A stretch of DNA of 64,000 nt from Candidatus Buchananbacteria bacterium (GTDB lineage: Bacteria; Patescibacteriota; Patescibacteriia; 2-01-FULL-39-33; JBAYJR01): positions 203 through 64,202 of the forward strand of contig JBAYJR010000009.1 of the NCBI GenBank assembly GCA_041665005.1, in the 5' to 3' direction. The notes beneath the pieces were generated by a model that saw only the letters and a list, made by a program, of their open reading frames with translations, was not told the DNA's origin and made no database searches. Each line of letters begins with the position of its first letter. The stretch's first letter is position 1. The translations under genes and the position numbers were made by a program. Of this stretch, positions 47,965 through 58,196 are shown in pieces.

Positions 47965-48450
47965 ATGGATATAAGTAAAATTTTTCAAACCAAAGCTTTT
48001 AAAATGACTCTTTACACGATTGGGGTCATCGTTATTTTGTTAGTTTTTTTCCAAGCCGGTTTATTAGTCGGTTTTAAAAAGGCCGATTTTTCTTGTCGTT
48101 GGGGAGAAAACTATCAACGTAATTTTATCGGACCAGAAATGGGCATGCGTTTGCCTGGTTTAGACGGCGGTAGACCCAACCCTCATGGCACGGCGGGTCA
48201 AATAATTAAAGTGGAATTACCAAATATTATCGTGGAAGGTTTAGAGGGGTTAGAAAAAATTGTTAAAATAACGGATCAGACTAAAATTAGAAAATTTGAT
48301 AAATTAGCCACGTCAACTGATTTACAGCTCAATGATCATGTAGTGATTATTGGCGAACCTAATGAGCAAGGTCAAATTGAGGCCAAGTTAATTAGAGTTT
48401 TGCCTTTACCAGGAGATTTTTTGCCAGCTGCTCCTGAGGTCAAAAAATAA
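47965..48450 (+). CDS. Membrane-anchored DUF5666-like OB-fold protein
   Basis: TM helix; G.II..TKI..DL..D.V.I.G..GQIEAK pattern. Confidence 0.6.
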   Translation: MDISKIFQTKAFKMTLYTIGVIVILLVFFQAGLLVGFKKADFSCRWGENYQRNFIGPEMGMRLPGLDGGRPNPHGTAGQIIKVELPNIIVEGLEGLEKIVKITDQTKIRKFDKLATSTDLQLNDHVVIIGEPNEQGQIEAKLIRVLPLPGDFLPAAPEVKK

Positions 48451-48470
48451 ATAAATACTAAAAGATTTTT

Positions 48471-50267
48471 ATGGAGAAGTTAAAAAAGTTTTACGCTTAT
48501 TTATTAAAACACAAAATTATCACTTTAATTGTGGTGGTGGCTTTAGTTGGCGGTGTTTATTATTATAAAAGTAATCAGAGCCAGGCCGTTACTAGTTATG
48601 TGTTAGCCAAAGCGGAAAAAGGCACTATTGTTACTTCAATTTCTGGCTCGGGCCAGGTGTCTGCTTCTAACCAGTTAGAGATTAAACCCAAGGTTTCTAG
48701 TGACGTAGTTTTGGTCGCCGTGAAAAAAGGTCAGGAGGTTAAAGCGGGAACTCTGTTGATTCAATTGGATTCTTCAGAAGCGGCTAAAACAGTTAGAAAT
48801 GCTCAGACTAGCTTAGAAACCGCCAAACTTGATTTGGATAAATTATTGAAACCTACTGACGAATTAACTTTATTACAAGCGGAAAATTCTTTAGCTCAAG
48901 CGCAAGAGTCAGAACAAACGGCGGAGTATAACTTGGTCAAATCTTATGATGACGGTTTTAATGCCGTTACTAATGCTTTTTTGGATTTACCGGGATTAAT
49001 GCAGGGTCTTTACAGTTTAATGTATGGTCAAGATTTGACAGTGGGTCAAGACAATATTAATTATTATTATAATTTAGTCGGTGACTTGGATTCTCGAACT
49101 GTTCAGTATTTAAATGACGCTACCACTCAGTATACTAAGGCTAAAGCTTTGTATGATAAAAATTTTACAGATTATAAGGCTACTTCGCGTACTTCCGATC
49201 AGCCGGCAATTGAAAATTTAATCAATGAGACCTACTTAACAGTTAAGAGCGTTTCTGAGGCAGTTAAGGATGTAAATAATTTTTTAGATTTTGTTAGCGA
49301 CGTCGCCACGGATTATAATAAACGAATACCTGGTTTAATGAGCACACATCAAACTAGTTTAGATAGTTATACTAGTAAAACTAATACCCATGTAGGCAAT
49401 CTTTATTCGGCTAGTCAAGCGATTGAAAATTATAAAAGTTCAATTGTTAGTGCTAAGCGTTCAGTAGTTGAGAAGGAGTTGTCATTGACGGATACTAAAG
49501 CTGCTCCCGATGAATTAGATGTTCGGGCTAAAAAAATTAGTATTCAACAGGCCCAGGACGCTTTAACCTCAGCTAATCAGACTTTATCATATTATTATAT
49601 TCGCGCGCCATTTGATGGTACTATCGCGGCGGTAAATGTAAAAAAAGGGGACACTGCTTCTAGCGGTACAGCGGTAGTTACTCTAATTACTAAACAACAA
49701 ATTGCCGAGATTTCTTTAAACGAAGTTGATGCTGCTAAAGTCAAACTTGGCCAAAAAGCCACTTTAACTTTTGATGCGGTGGAAAATTTAACCATTACTG
49801 GCCAGGTGATAGATGTCGATTCTATGGGAACGGTTAGTTCGGGAGTTGTTACTTATGATGTTAAAATAAGTTTTGATACTCAGGATGAGAGAGTTAAGCC
49901 CGGTATGACAGTTAGCACGGCAATTATTACGGAAAGCAAACAAGACGTTTTGGTGGTGCCAAGTGGTGCCGTTAAGACAAAAAACAATGTTACTTATGTA
50001 GAGGTTCTAAATCAAGGTACTACCCCGAGTGCAACTAATAGTAGTCAGGTAACTTCGACTGTGGCGCCTACTCAGAAAACTGTGGAAATTGGTTTGTCTG
50101 GTGATACTCAAACCGAAATAACCTCTGGTTTAGCGGAAGGTGATCAGGTGGTGACTAAAACCGTAACAACTTCTTCTAGTTCTTCAAAAACAACTTCTTC
50201 GTCTTCTAAATCTACTAATTCTAGTTTGTTGAATGTTGGTGGTGGCGGTCCACCGGGGGGATTTTAA
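48471..50267 (+). CDS. MacA-like membrane fusion protein with very long helical hairpin
   Basis: VKKGQEVKAG, IRAPFDG, VKPGMT, SGLAEGDQV. Confidence 0.9.
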   Translation: MEKLKKFYAYLLKHKIITLIVVVALVGGVYYYKSNQSQAVTSYVLAKAEKGTIVTSISGSGQVSASNQLEIKPKVSSDVVLVAVKKGQEVKAGTLLIQLDSSEAAKTVRNAQTSLETAKLDLDKLLKPTDELTLLQAENSLAQAQESEQTAEYNLVKSYDDGFNAVTNAFLDLPGLMQGLYSLMYGQDLTVGQDNINYYYNLVGDLDSRTVQYLNDATTQYTKAKALYDKNFTDYKATSRTSDQPAIENLINETYLTVKSVSEAVKDVNNFLDFVSDVATDYNKRIPGLMSTHQTSLDSYTSKTNTHVGNLYSASQAIENYKSSIVSAKRSVVEKELSLTDTKAAPDELDVRAKKISIQQAQDALTSANQTLSYYYIRAPFDGTIAAVNVKKGDTASSGTAVVTLITKQQIAEISLNEVDAAKVKLGQKATLTFDAVENLTITGQVIDVDSMGTVSSGVVTYDVKISFDTQDERVKPGMTVSTAIITESKQDVLVVPSGAVKTKNNVTYVEVLNQGTTPSATNSSQVTSTVAPTQKTVEIGLSGDTQTEITSGLAEGDQVVTKTVTTSSSSSKTTSSSSKSTNSSLLNVGGGGPPGGF

Positions 50268-50297
50268 GACACCTCGGAGTAGGGTTTATATAAAAAT

Positions 50298-50999
50298 ATG
50301 ATTGAATTAAAAAATGTAACCAAGGTCTACAAGACTGGTTCCACCGAGTTTGAGGCGCTTAAAGGGGCAACATTTAAGATTGCTGACGGCGAATTTGTGG
50401 CGATTATGGGACCATCGGGTTCGGGCAAATCAACGTTAATGCATATTTTAGGTGCTTTAGACAAACCAACCAACGGTACTTATTTTTTGGACAACAAAGA
50501 CGTTTCAACTTTAACTGAAGATGAATTAGCTGATATTAGAAAAAATAAAATTGGTTTTGTTTTTCAAAGTTTTAATCTATTGCCGCGGGCGACGGTTTTA
50601 CGTAATGTGATGTTGCCATTAATTTATGCCAATGTTGATAAGCAGGAGAGAGTAACAAGAGCTGAAGCTTCTTTAATGGCGGCAGGATTGGATAAGGAAC
50701 ATTTTTCTCATCTATCTAATCAACTTTCTGGTGGGCAAATTCAACGAGTGGCGATTGCACGCGCTTTGGTTAACAATCCTTCACTAATTTTGGCGGATGA
50801 GCCAACAGGAAATTTGGACACCAAAACCGGTGAAATTGTTTTAGCTACTTTTCAAAAATTAAATTCTGAACAAGGCAGAACTATTATTTTAATTACCCAT
50901 GAACACGAAGTAGCAGAACATGCGGATCGCATTATTTTTATTAGAGATGGTGAAATTGTTAGTGATAGTAAAAATTCTCGTAAGCTAATAATTAAATAA
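50298..50999 (+). CDS. MacB/LolD-type ABC ATPase
   Basis: [25 protein letters not shown]. Confidence 0.97.
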   Translation: MIELKNVTKVYKTGSTEFEALKGATFKIADGEFVAIMGPSGSGKSTLMHILGALDKPTNGTYFLDNKDVSTLTEDELADIRKNKIGFVFQSFNLLPRATVLRNVMLPLIYANVDKQERVTRAEASLMAAGLDKEHFSHLSNQLSGGQIQRVAIARALVNNPSLILADEPTGNLDTKTGEIVLATFQKLNSEQGRTIILITHEHEVAEHADRIIFIRDGEIVSDSKNSRKLIIK

Positions 51000-51001
51000 A
51001 T

Positions 51002-52246
51002 ATGACAATTACTGATATTTTTGAAGAGACCTATTTTGCGCTTTCAGCTAACAAAGCTCGCTCCAGCTTAACGGTGCTTGGTATTGTTATTGGTATTGGG
51101 GCAGTGATTGTAATGATGGCGATTGGCACTGGCGCGACCAGCTCAATTAAATCTAATATTCAGTCTATCGGTTCAAATATGATTACCGTTTCTCCGGGAA
51201 CGCAACGCGGGGTCGGTATGATGGTTAGCGGCGGTCGGGGTTCAGCTAAGTCATTAAAACTCTCTGATGCGGAAGCAATTATTGCTCAAGTAGCTAACGT
51301 GAAGGCGGTTTCGCCGGAAGTTTCGGGACGTTATCAATTAACCGCTAAGGGTACTAACACCAATACTAGCGTAGTGGGAGTGACTGCAGCTTATGCTGAA
51401 GTAAGAAGTTTGGAAATGGACGATGGTTCTTTTATTACGGCCCAAAATAATAGCGATACTTCCAAGGTAGCGGTTTTGGGTCCAACAGTGGTAGAGGATC
51501 TTTTTGGCGAAGACTCTGACACAAGCTCCGTGATTGGTCAAATTATCCGGATTAAGAGTAACAAAACCAGTATTGATGTTAAAGTAGTTGGTGTAACCAA
51601 AGCTAAGGGTGGCACCGGTTTTGGCAGTACTGACAATCAGGTTTATGTTCCGTTAAGCACTGCGCAACGTTTTTTATCGGGTAATCAATATTTGACTGGT
51701 ATTTCAGTTTCTGCGGCTGACGCCGATTCAACAACATTAGTACAAGAAGATATTACTACTTTGTTATTATCGTTGCATAAAATTACTGACTCAACTAAAG
51801 CCGATTTTAGCACTATTAATCAAGCAGATATTGCCGAAGCTGCTTCTAGTGTTGTTAATACTTTAGCTACTTTATTGGCGGCAGTAGCGGGCATCTCTTT
51901 GGTGGTTGGTGGTATTGGAATTATGAATATGATGTTGACTACGGTTACGGAGAGAACAAAAGAAATTGGTTTACGTAAATCAATTGGCGCCAAAGGCAAG
52001 GATGTCAGCATTCAGTTTTTAGTAGAAGCAATCACGCTTACTTTTCTGGGTGGGTTTATTGGAGTAATTGGTGGCTGGTTAGTGTCTTATGGTATGACTT
52101 ATTTTAATATTACCCAGACCAAGGTATCATTGTTTTCAGTTTTGTTAGCGTTTGGTGTTTCGGCTTTTATCGGTATTGTCTTTGGTTATTATCCAGCCCG
52201 GCGGGCAGCCAAGCTTAATCCAATTGACGCACTTCGTTATGAATAA
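51002..52246 (+). CDS. MacB-type ABC permease
   Basis: GIVIGIG, GGIGIMNMM..VTERTKEIG, PIDALRYE. Confidence 0.96.
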   Translation: MTITDIFEETYFALSANKARSSLTVLGIVIGIGAVIVMMAIGTGATSSIKSNIQSIGSNMITVSPGTQRGVGMMVSGGRGSAKSLKLSDAEAIIAQVANVKAVSPEVSGRYQLTAKGTNTNTSVVGVTAAYAEVRSLEMDDGSFITAQNNSDTSKVAVLGPTVVEDLFGEDSDTSSVIGQIIRIKSNKTSIDVKVVGVTKAKGGTGFGSTDNQVYVPLSTAQRFLSGNQYLTGISVSAADADSTTLVQEDITTLLLSLHKITDSTKADFSTINQADIAEAASSVVNTLATLLAAVAGISLVVGGIGIMNMMLTTVTERTKEIGLRKSIGAKGKDVSIQFLVEAITLTFLGGFIGVIGGWLVSYGMTYFNITQTKVSLFSVLLAFGVSAFIGIVFGYYPARRAAKLNPIDALRYE

Positions 52247-52442
52247 GAATAAATTAAATCAGATAGTTGATTTTTGTTTAGTAATTCTGCTGATAATTAA
52301 TGTTGTTTCGGTTGCGTTTAGAAGCGGTAGGGAGATCCATGTAATTAGCGGCGTGATTTTTGTAATTTTTATTTTAGTACATTTATTTTTACATTGGTCA
52401 GGAATTTTTAGAATCATAAAAAATATTTTTTTAAATAAGTAA
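52239..52442 (+). CDS. Small two-TM protein with His residues (DUF4405-like)
   Basis: ATG overlaps permease stop; EIHVISG..LVHLFLHW. Confidence 0.6.
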   Translation: MNKNKLNQIVDFCLVILLIINVVSVAFRSGREIHVISGVIFVIFILVHLFLHWSGIFRIIKNIFLNK

Positions 52443-52467
52443 TTTTATTAATTATTAAGAAAAAACT

Positions 52468-52899
52468 ATGAACAAAAAAATAATTACGATTGCGGTAGTG
52501 GTGGTAATTGTTCTGGGGGCCGGATTTTTTTATGGTGGAATGAAATACGGCCAGGACAAAAAGTTTAAATCAAATGGTTTGGAGTTTAATGGCGGCTTGC
52601 CAAATCAAAACAATTCAACCCAGGCTCGCTCTAGCACTAGAGGTAACGGAGCTGGCGGTGGCTTCGCTAGTGGTGATATTATTGCTAAAGACGATAAAAG
52701 TATAACAATTAAATTAAACAATGGAGGTTCTAAGATTATTCTTTATGCCAGCTCTACCCAGATTACCAAGGCCGCCACAGGCAGTATTGATGATTTAAAA
52801 GTCGGGGCAGGGGTAATTGTTAATGGTTCGGCTAATGCTGACGGTAGTATTACGTCGCAGTCAATTCAAATTCGTCCTGCTTTACCGGTTAGCAAATAA
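52468..52899 (+). CDS. Membrane-anchored DUF5666-like protein
   Basis: FYGGMKYG, GDII..SITI, DL.VG..V.V.G..DGSIT. Confidence 0.7.
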   Translation: MNKKIITIAVVVVIVLGAGFFYGGMKYGQDKKFKSNGLEFNGGLPNQNNSTQARSSTRGNGAGGGFASGDIIAKDDKSITIKLNNGGSKIILYASSTQITKAATGSIDDLKVGAGVIVNGSANADGSITSQSIQIRPALPVSK

Positions 52900-53028
52900 A
52901 TTGATGGTTTGATAGTTATTCTTTAGTTTTTAAATTAATAGTAGATATTAATTAGCAAAAAATCGCCAAGTTGGCGATTTTTTGCTATAATACCTAAGTA
53001 AGATTTAATTATTAAATTATTAAAATTT

Positions 53029-53424
53029 ATGAAAGGCTATGTGATTAATCTAGAACAGGCGACTTTAGAAAATAATAATTTTCGCCAAGTGCTTTATACG
53101 GCTAAAAATAGCCAATTGGTGTTGATGAGTTTGGCGCCCCTTGAAGATATTGGCGCCGAAGTCCACACCTTAGATCAATTTATCAGAATTGAGCAAGGCG
53201 CCGGCAAAGCTATCTTAGATGGCGTAGAACATGAATTAGCCGATGGTTCGGCGATTGTAATTCCGGCGGGAACCAATCACAATATCGTCAATACCTCAGC
53301 GGATCAGCCTCTAAAGTTGTATACGGTTTATTCGCCACCAGAACATCAAGATGGGGTGGTTCGTAAAACAAAAGCAGAAGCTTTGGCTAGTGAAGAGCAT
53401 TTTGACGGTCAAACCTCTGAATAG
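53029..53424 (+). CDS. Cupin domain protein
   Basis: EVH..DQFIRIEQG, IPAGTNHNI, LKLYTVYSPPEH. Confidence 0.92.
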   Translation: MKGYVINLEQATLENNNFRQVLYTAKNSQLVLMSLAPLEDIGAEVHTLDQFIRIEQGAGKAILDGVEHELADGSAIVIPAGTNHNIVNTSADQPLKLYTVYSPPEHQDGVVRKTKAEALASEEHFDGQTSE

Positions 53425-53465
53425 GATTTAGTAAAAAGTAATTTTAATTTTTAATTTATAATTTT

Positions 53466-53537
53466 ATGGGTGGAAACAGTGCAAAAATGGCACAAAAAAA
53501 GATGGCCGCACGGCGGGCTAAAAAGAAAAAGCAATAA
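53466..53537 (+). CDS. 23-aa highly basic peptide (not in ORF track)
   Basis: MGGNSAKMAQKKMAARRAKKKKQ; host-type AT-rich leader (TTTATG); terminator follows. Confidence 0.5.
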   Translation: MGGNSAKMAQKKMAARRAKKKKQ

Positions 53538-53540
53538 AAT

Positions 53541-53580
53541 TTAAAAAATAAACTCCATTAAACTGGAGTTTATTTTTTAA
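53541..53580. terminator. Bidirectional terminator
   Basis: Perfect 17-bp IR TTAAAAAATAAACTCCA/TGGAGTTTATTTTTTAA between convergent genes. Confidence 0.75.
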
Positions 53581-54370
53581 ATAGGCGAATCGGCCCTAAA
53601 ATAATAATGGTTAATAACCAGTGGAGAGTGGAGATTAATAAAGAGTATAGTAGAAAAGAAAAAACTAAAGCTAAATATTTAGTTAAACTGGCAATCGCCG
53701 GAGAAAAGTCGTAATTTAAACCTAAAGTAAAAATATTAATAATTAATAAAATAAATAAAATTAAAGCCAGGCCACGCCACATTCCTTGGCGGTCTTGTTG
53801 GCTGGGAGCCAAATGTGAGGCGACACAAAAAGATAAATATAAAAAAAACCAAAAACTTGGTTGTTGAAAATTTATAGTTTGGCCAAATAATTTAATTAGT
53901 TCAATAAGTCTTGGTCCTAAAATTTGCCAATCAAAGCTAGTTGATTTTAATAAGGCTAAAATTTGTGGCCCATTAGGTATTAGCCAGTAAAGTAGTAGAC
54001 ATAAAACGGTGGTACCACTTAAAATTGGACCAACCGCAATAAAAAAATTGCCAATTTTTTGGTAAAGATTGTCGTCGTTATGAGAATGGCTTAATTGACC
54101 TAATTCGCCAGTCCGTCTATTTGGTCTAAATAAATTTAACTGATTAATTTGATGGCCAAAAATTAAAGCAAAAATTAGATGGCCTAATTCGTGCACGGGA
54201 GTGCCTAGCCAGCCAGTCCATAATACTCCTGACCAACCAACGGTACGGTGATAGTTGGTTAAAATTTTTTGTTGCAAATAAGATAGGCTAAAAATCAAGA
54301 CAAAAAAGACCCCAAATAAACTAAGTATCTGGGAAGCAAAAGTAATTAGTAGTTTAGTAATAAATTCCAT
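53570..54370 (-). CDS. Membrane metalloprotease-like protein (M50B-like)
   Basis: GTPVHELGH, FIAVGP, PSQQD; multiple TMs. Confidence 0.7.
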   Translation of the reverse strand: MEFITKLLITFASQILSLFGVFFVLIFSLSYLQQKILTNYHRTVGWSGVLWTGWLGTPVHELGHLIFALIFGHQINQLNLFRPNRRTGELGQLSHSHNDDNLYQKIGNFFIAVGPILSGTTVLCLLLYWLIPNGPQILALLKSTSFDWQILGPRLIELIKLFGQTINFQQPSFWFFLYLSFCVASHLAPSQQDRQGMWRGLALILFILLIINIFTLGLNYDFSPAIASLTKYLALVFSFLLYSLLISTLHWLLTIIILGPIRLFKK

Positions 54371-54493
54371 TAGTAGTAATTATACTATAAATTTATGGAG
54401 TTGATAATAATTACTTAAAGTTTAAATTTGAGTCACTAGCCAAAAAATGTTAAACTAGTAGTAGTTTAATTAGTAATTAATTGTTGGCATCTT

Positions 54494-57076
54494 ATGGTTG
54501 AACAACAATCATCAGCTAAAGTTCTGCCCGTAGATTTATTTAAGTTTTCACAAATGACTCAGGCGGATTCTTTGGCAGCTTATAAAGTAAAGGAAGTTGG
54601 CCTAACTAATCAGGAGGCCGTTTGGCGTTTAGGCACTTATGGTTTAAATGTAGTTAGTCAAGGAATCAAAATAGGTTTAGCTAAAAGATTTTTTAATAAT
54701 CTTAAGGATCCACTCAGCGCGTTGTTATTAGCCTTGGGGGTGATTTCATATTTAACTAAAGATTACAAGGCGGCCATTTTAATTTTGGTGATGTTATTAA
54801 TGAGTGTAATTTTGCGTTATTTCCAAGAAACTAAAGCTGATCAGGCGGCCGCTAAATTAAAAGCTCTAATTCATACCACGGCCACAGTCTTAAGAAATGG
54901 TCAAAAAACTGAAGTGCTATTGGAATCAGTGGTGCCTGGAGATATTATTCAGTTATCCGCCGGCGATATGATTCCAGCCGACATTAGGTTAATTGATTCT
55001 CGAGATTTGTTTGTTAATCAAGCGGTTTTAACAGGAGAGTCATTACCGGCCGAAAAACACGCAATAACGGCGATCAATAAAGTTGTTAGCCAATATGAAT
55101 TGGCTAATATTTGTTTTATGGGAACTAACGTAGAAAGCGGAACGGCCACGGCGTTAGTTTTGACAACTGGTCAAAACACACAATTTGGTTCTTTGGCTGA
55201 TGATTTGTCGGTTAAACGCCAATTAACTAATTTTGATTTGGGGATCAATCGTTTTACTTGGTTAATGATCCGGTTTATTGCTATTTTGGTTCCTTTAGTC
55301 TTTGTCATCAACGGTTTTAGTAAAGGTAATTGGTTGGAAGCTTTTTTGTTTGCTTTGGCGGTGGCAGTAGGTTTAACGCCCGAACTGTTGCCGATGATAG
55401 TAACGGTCAATTTGTCCAAGGGTGCCTTGGATATGTCTAAAAAAAAGGTAATTGTCAAAAGGTTAAACGCCATTCAAAATTTTGGTGCGATGGATGTTTT
55501 TTGTATGGATAAAACTGGCACTTTAACTGAAGGCAAGGTTTCTTTAATCAAACATTTGGATATTACGGGAAAAGAAAATGAAAAAATTTTAGCTTATGCT
55601 TATTTAAATAGTTATTATCAGACGGGGTTAAAAAATCTTTTAGATTTTGCAGTTTTACAACATGATCAGCAAAGTCATCAGGATTTAATTAAGCAGTTTT
55701 CTAAAATCGACGAAGTACCTTTTGATTTTATTCGGCGACGAATGTCGGTGGTAGTGGGTAATAATCAAGGTCAGCATTTATTAATTTGTAAGGGTGCGGT
55801 AGAAGAGGTATTAGCTAATTGTCAGCAGGCGGTGGTTAAAGGTAAAATTGTTGCCTTGGCTAAATCGCACCAGCAACAAAAGTTGGAATTAATTGACAGC
55901 TTGAGTAGTCAGGGTTTTCGGCTGGTCGCTTTAGCTTACAAAGAATTACCTTCCGAAAAGAATGTTTATACTGTAGCTGATGAAAACAATTTAACCTTGT
56001 TGGGTTTTTTGGCTTTTTTGGATCCACCCAAAGCTAGTGCGGCCTTAGCGCTTAAACAGTTAGCCGAATACGGTATTCAGGCGAAGGTATTAACTGGCGA
56101 TAACGAATTAGTCACGAGAAAAGTTTGTCAGGAAGTCGATTTGCCAATCAGTCGAATTTTATTAGGCTCGGAAATAGAAAAATTAACGGAAACAGAATTA
56201 AGACAAGCGGTAGAAGAGGCTAATATTTTTGATAAATTAGAACCGCACCACAAAGCTATGGTTATCAAGGCTTTGCAAAAAAACGGTCATGTGGTGGGCT
56301 TTATGGGGGATGGAATTAACGATGCTTTGGCTTTACGGGCGGCCGATGTGGGAGTTTCGGTAGATAGCGCGGTGGATATTGCTAAGGAGTCGTCCGATAT
56401 TATTTTGTTAGAAAAAAATTTATTAGTGCTAAAAGAAGGAGTGCGTGAAGGCCGCAAAATTTTTAGTAACATAATTAAATATATTAAAATGGCGGCTAGC
56501 TCAAATTTTGGTAATATGTTCAGTGTAATTGGTGGTAGTGTTTTTTTACCATTTTTGCCAATGTTGCCCATTCAGGTAATCGCTAATAATTTACTGTATG
56601 ATTTTTCGCAAATTACTATTCCCACGGATAGTGCTGACGAAGAATATTTAAAAAAGCCTCGACAATGGCAAATTAATAAAATAGCCAAATTTGTTGTTTG
56701 TTTGGGTCCAGCTAGTTCGGTCTTTGATTATTTAACTTTTTTTATGATGTTGTTTGTTTTTAATACCTGGTTTAATCCTGCTTTGTTTCATACTGGTTGG
56801 TTTGTTGAATCATTGTTTACTCAAACTTTAATCATCCATATTATTCGTACACGTAAACCATTTTGGCAAAGCTTTGCCAGTCGGCCTTTGATTTTGTCAA
56901 CCTTGGCAGTGGTTAGTATTGGGGCTTATTTGCCCTATTCTCCATTAGCGGCCACCTTAGGTTTTGTGCCTTTACCATTAAGTTTCTGGGGCTATTTAGC
57001 CTTAATGATCGCCTGTTATTTTGTTTTAACTGAGGTGGTTAAACGAAGGTTTATTAAATATTTTGGTTGGGATTAA
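54494..57076 (+). CDS. mgtA: Magnesium-transporting P-type ATPase
   Basis: LTGES, AVGLTPE, DKTGTLT, PFDF.RRRMS, SSNFGN. Confidence 0.95.
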   Translation: MVEQQSSAKVLPVDLFKFSQMTQADSLAAYKVKEVGLTNQEAVWRLGTYGLNVVSQGIKIGLAKRFFNNLKDPLSALLLALGVISYLTKDYKAAILILVMLLMSVILRYFQETKADQAAAKLKALIHTTATVLRNGQKTEVLLESVVPGDIIQLSAGDMIPADIRLIDSRDLFVNQAVLTGESLPAEKHAITAINKVVSQYELANICFMGTNVESGTATALVLTTGQNTQFGSLADDLSVKRQLTNFDLGINRFTWLMIRFIAILVPLVFVINGFSKGNWLEAFLFALAVAVGLTPELLPMIVTVNLSKGALDMSKKKVIVKRLNAIQNFGAMDVFCMDKTGTLTEGKVSLIKHLDITGKENEKILAYAYLNSYYQTGLKNLLDFAVLQHDQQSHQDLIKQFSKIDEVPFDFIRRRMSVVVGNNQGQHLLICKGAVEEVLANCQQAVVKGKIVALAKSHQQQKLELIDSLSSQGFRLVALAYKELPSEKNVYTVADENNLTLLGFLAFLDPPKASAALALKQLAEYGIQAKVLTGDNELVTRKVCQEVDLPISRILLGSEIEKLTETELRQAVEEANIFDKLEPHHKAMVIKALQKNGHVVGFMGDGINDALALRAADVGVSVDSAVDIAKESSDIILLEKNLLVLKEGVREGRKIFSNIIKYIKMAASSNFGNMFSVIGGSVFLPFLPMLPIQVIANNLLYDFSQITIPTDSADEEYLKKPRQWQINKIAKFVVCLGPASSVFDYLTFFMMLFVFNTWFNPALFHTGWFVESLFTQTLIIHIIRTRKPFWQSFASRPLILSTLAVVSIGAYLPYSPLAATLGFVPLPLSFWGYLALMIACYFVLTEVVKRRFIKYFGWD

Positions 57077-57094
57077 TTGTTTAATTAATTTTAT

Positions 57095-58171
57095 ATGTTA
57101 ATGCCTTGGTATAATTACGCTTGTGGTTTAGATTTATCTGATTCATCAATTAAGTTATTGGCGTTTAAAGATTTGTCGTTAATTAAAGATCAAGCTAAAG
57201 TAGCGGCTTGGGTCAATTTTAATATTCCTTTGGGTTTGATTGAGGACGGCATAGTCCGGGACACCGAGGCCTTGACCGCACAAATTATTAAAGCCAAAAA
57301 CGTAGCTAGGCTGGGCCCCACTACTAAAAATTGTGTCTTATCTTTACCATCAACTAAAATATTCAGTCATTTATTTACTTTGCCAGCTGATTTAAATCAT
57401 CGGCAAATCGCTGAAATTTTACAATATGAATCTCAGGATTTTTTAACTTTACCTCAAGAAAATATTTATTATGATTTTTTGGTATTGCGTAATAATAAAG
57501 TCCAACAAGAAGTCCTTTTTGTTTCGGCGCCAAAAGAAATAGTTGATCCGCTAAAAATTGCGGTTAAGCGGGCTGGTTTAAATCCTTTAGTTTTTGAAAT
57601 TGAAGCTTTAAGCGGGGAACGAGCGTTGATGAAAAAATATTTAACGCAAGAAGCGGTAATGTTAATAGATATGGGTGATCGCTTAACTAGTTTAACTATT
57701 TTTGATCGTTATGGAGTTAAAGTGGTAATCAACTTAGCTTATGGTGGTCAAAATTTAACTTTAGCGATTGCGCAAAAATTAGGGATTAATGAAAAAGAAG
57801 CCAGGGCCTTAAAACAATCAATTGGTTTGTCACTTGAGAGTAGCCAACAAGTGGCGGTTATTTTGCAACAAGAATTACAAATTATGCTAGAAGAAATTAA
57901 AAAAACCTTAGATTATTTTGGTCAACGCTATCAAGAAAAAATTAGTAAAATAATTTTAACTGGTGGTTCAGCCTTGTTGTTAGAAATAACTAATTATTTT
58001 CAGCAAAATTTGCATTTACCGGTAGCCTTAGCCAATCCGTGGTTAAAAGTGGATTTTTCCGACCCAGAATTAACCAAAGCCGCCTGTGCTAATGTTTTTG
58101 GTTTAGCTTTGCGGGGGTCCAGTTTTTGGGCTTTACGTCGGGGCTTAAATCTATTAAAATATACTAAGTAA
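57095..58171 (+). CDS. pilM: Type IV pilus assembly protein PilM
   Basis: GLDLSDSSIK, IDMG, ILTGGSA, ANPW, GLALR. Confidence 0.88.
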   Translation: MLMPWYNYACGLDLSDSSIKLLAFKDLSLIKDQAKVAAWVNFNIPLGLIEDGIVRDTEALTAQIIKAKNVARLGPTTKNCVLSLPSTKIFSHLFTLPADLNHRQIAEILQYESQDFLTLPQENIYYDFLVLRNNKVQQEVLFVSAPKEIVDPLKIAVKRAGLNPLVFEIEALSGERALMKKYLTQEAVMLIDMGDRLTSLTIFDRYGVKVVINLAYGGQNLTLAIAQKLGINEKEARALKQSIGLSLESSQQVAVILQQELQIMLEEIKKTLDYFGQRYQEKISKIILTGGSALLLEITNYFQQNLHLPVALANPWLKVDFSDPELTKAACANVFGLALRGSSFWALRRGLNLLKYTK

Positions 58172-58196
58172 GTCTTAATAAACTAAGTTGAAATTT

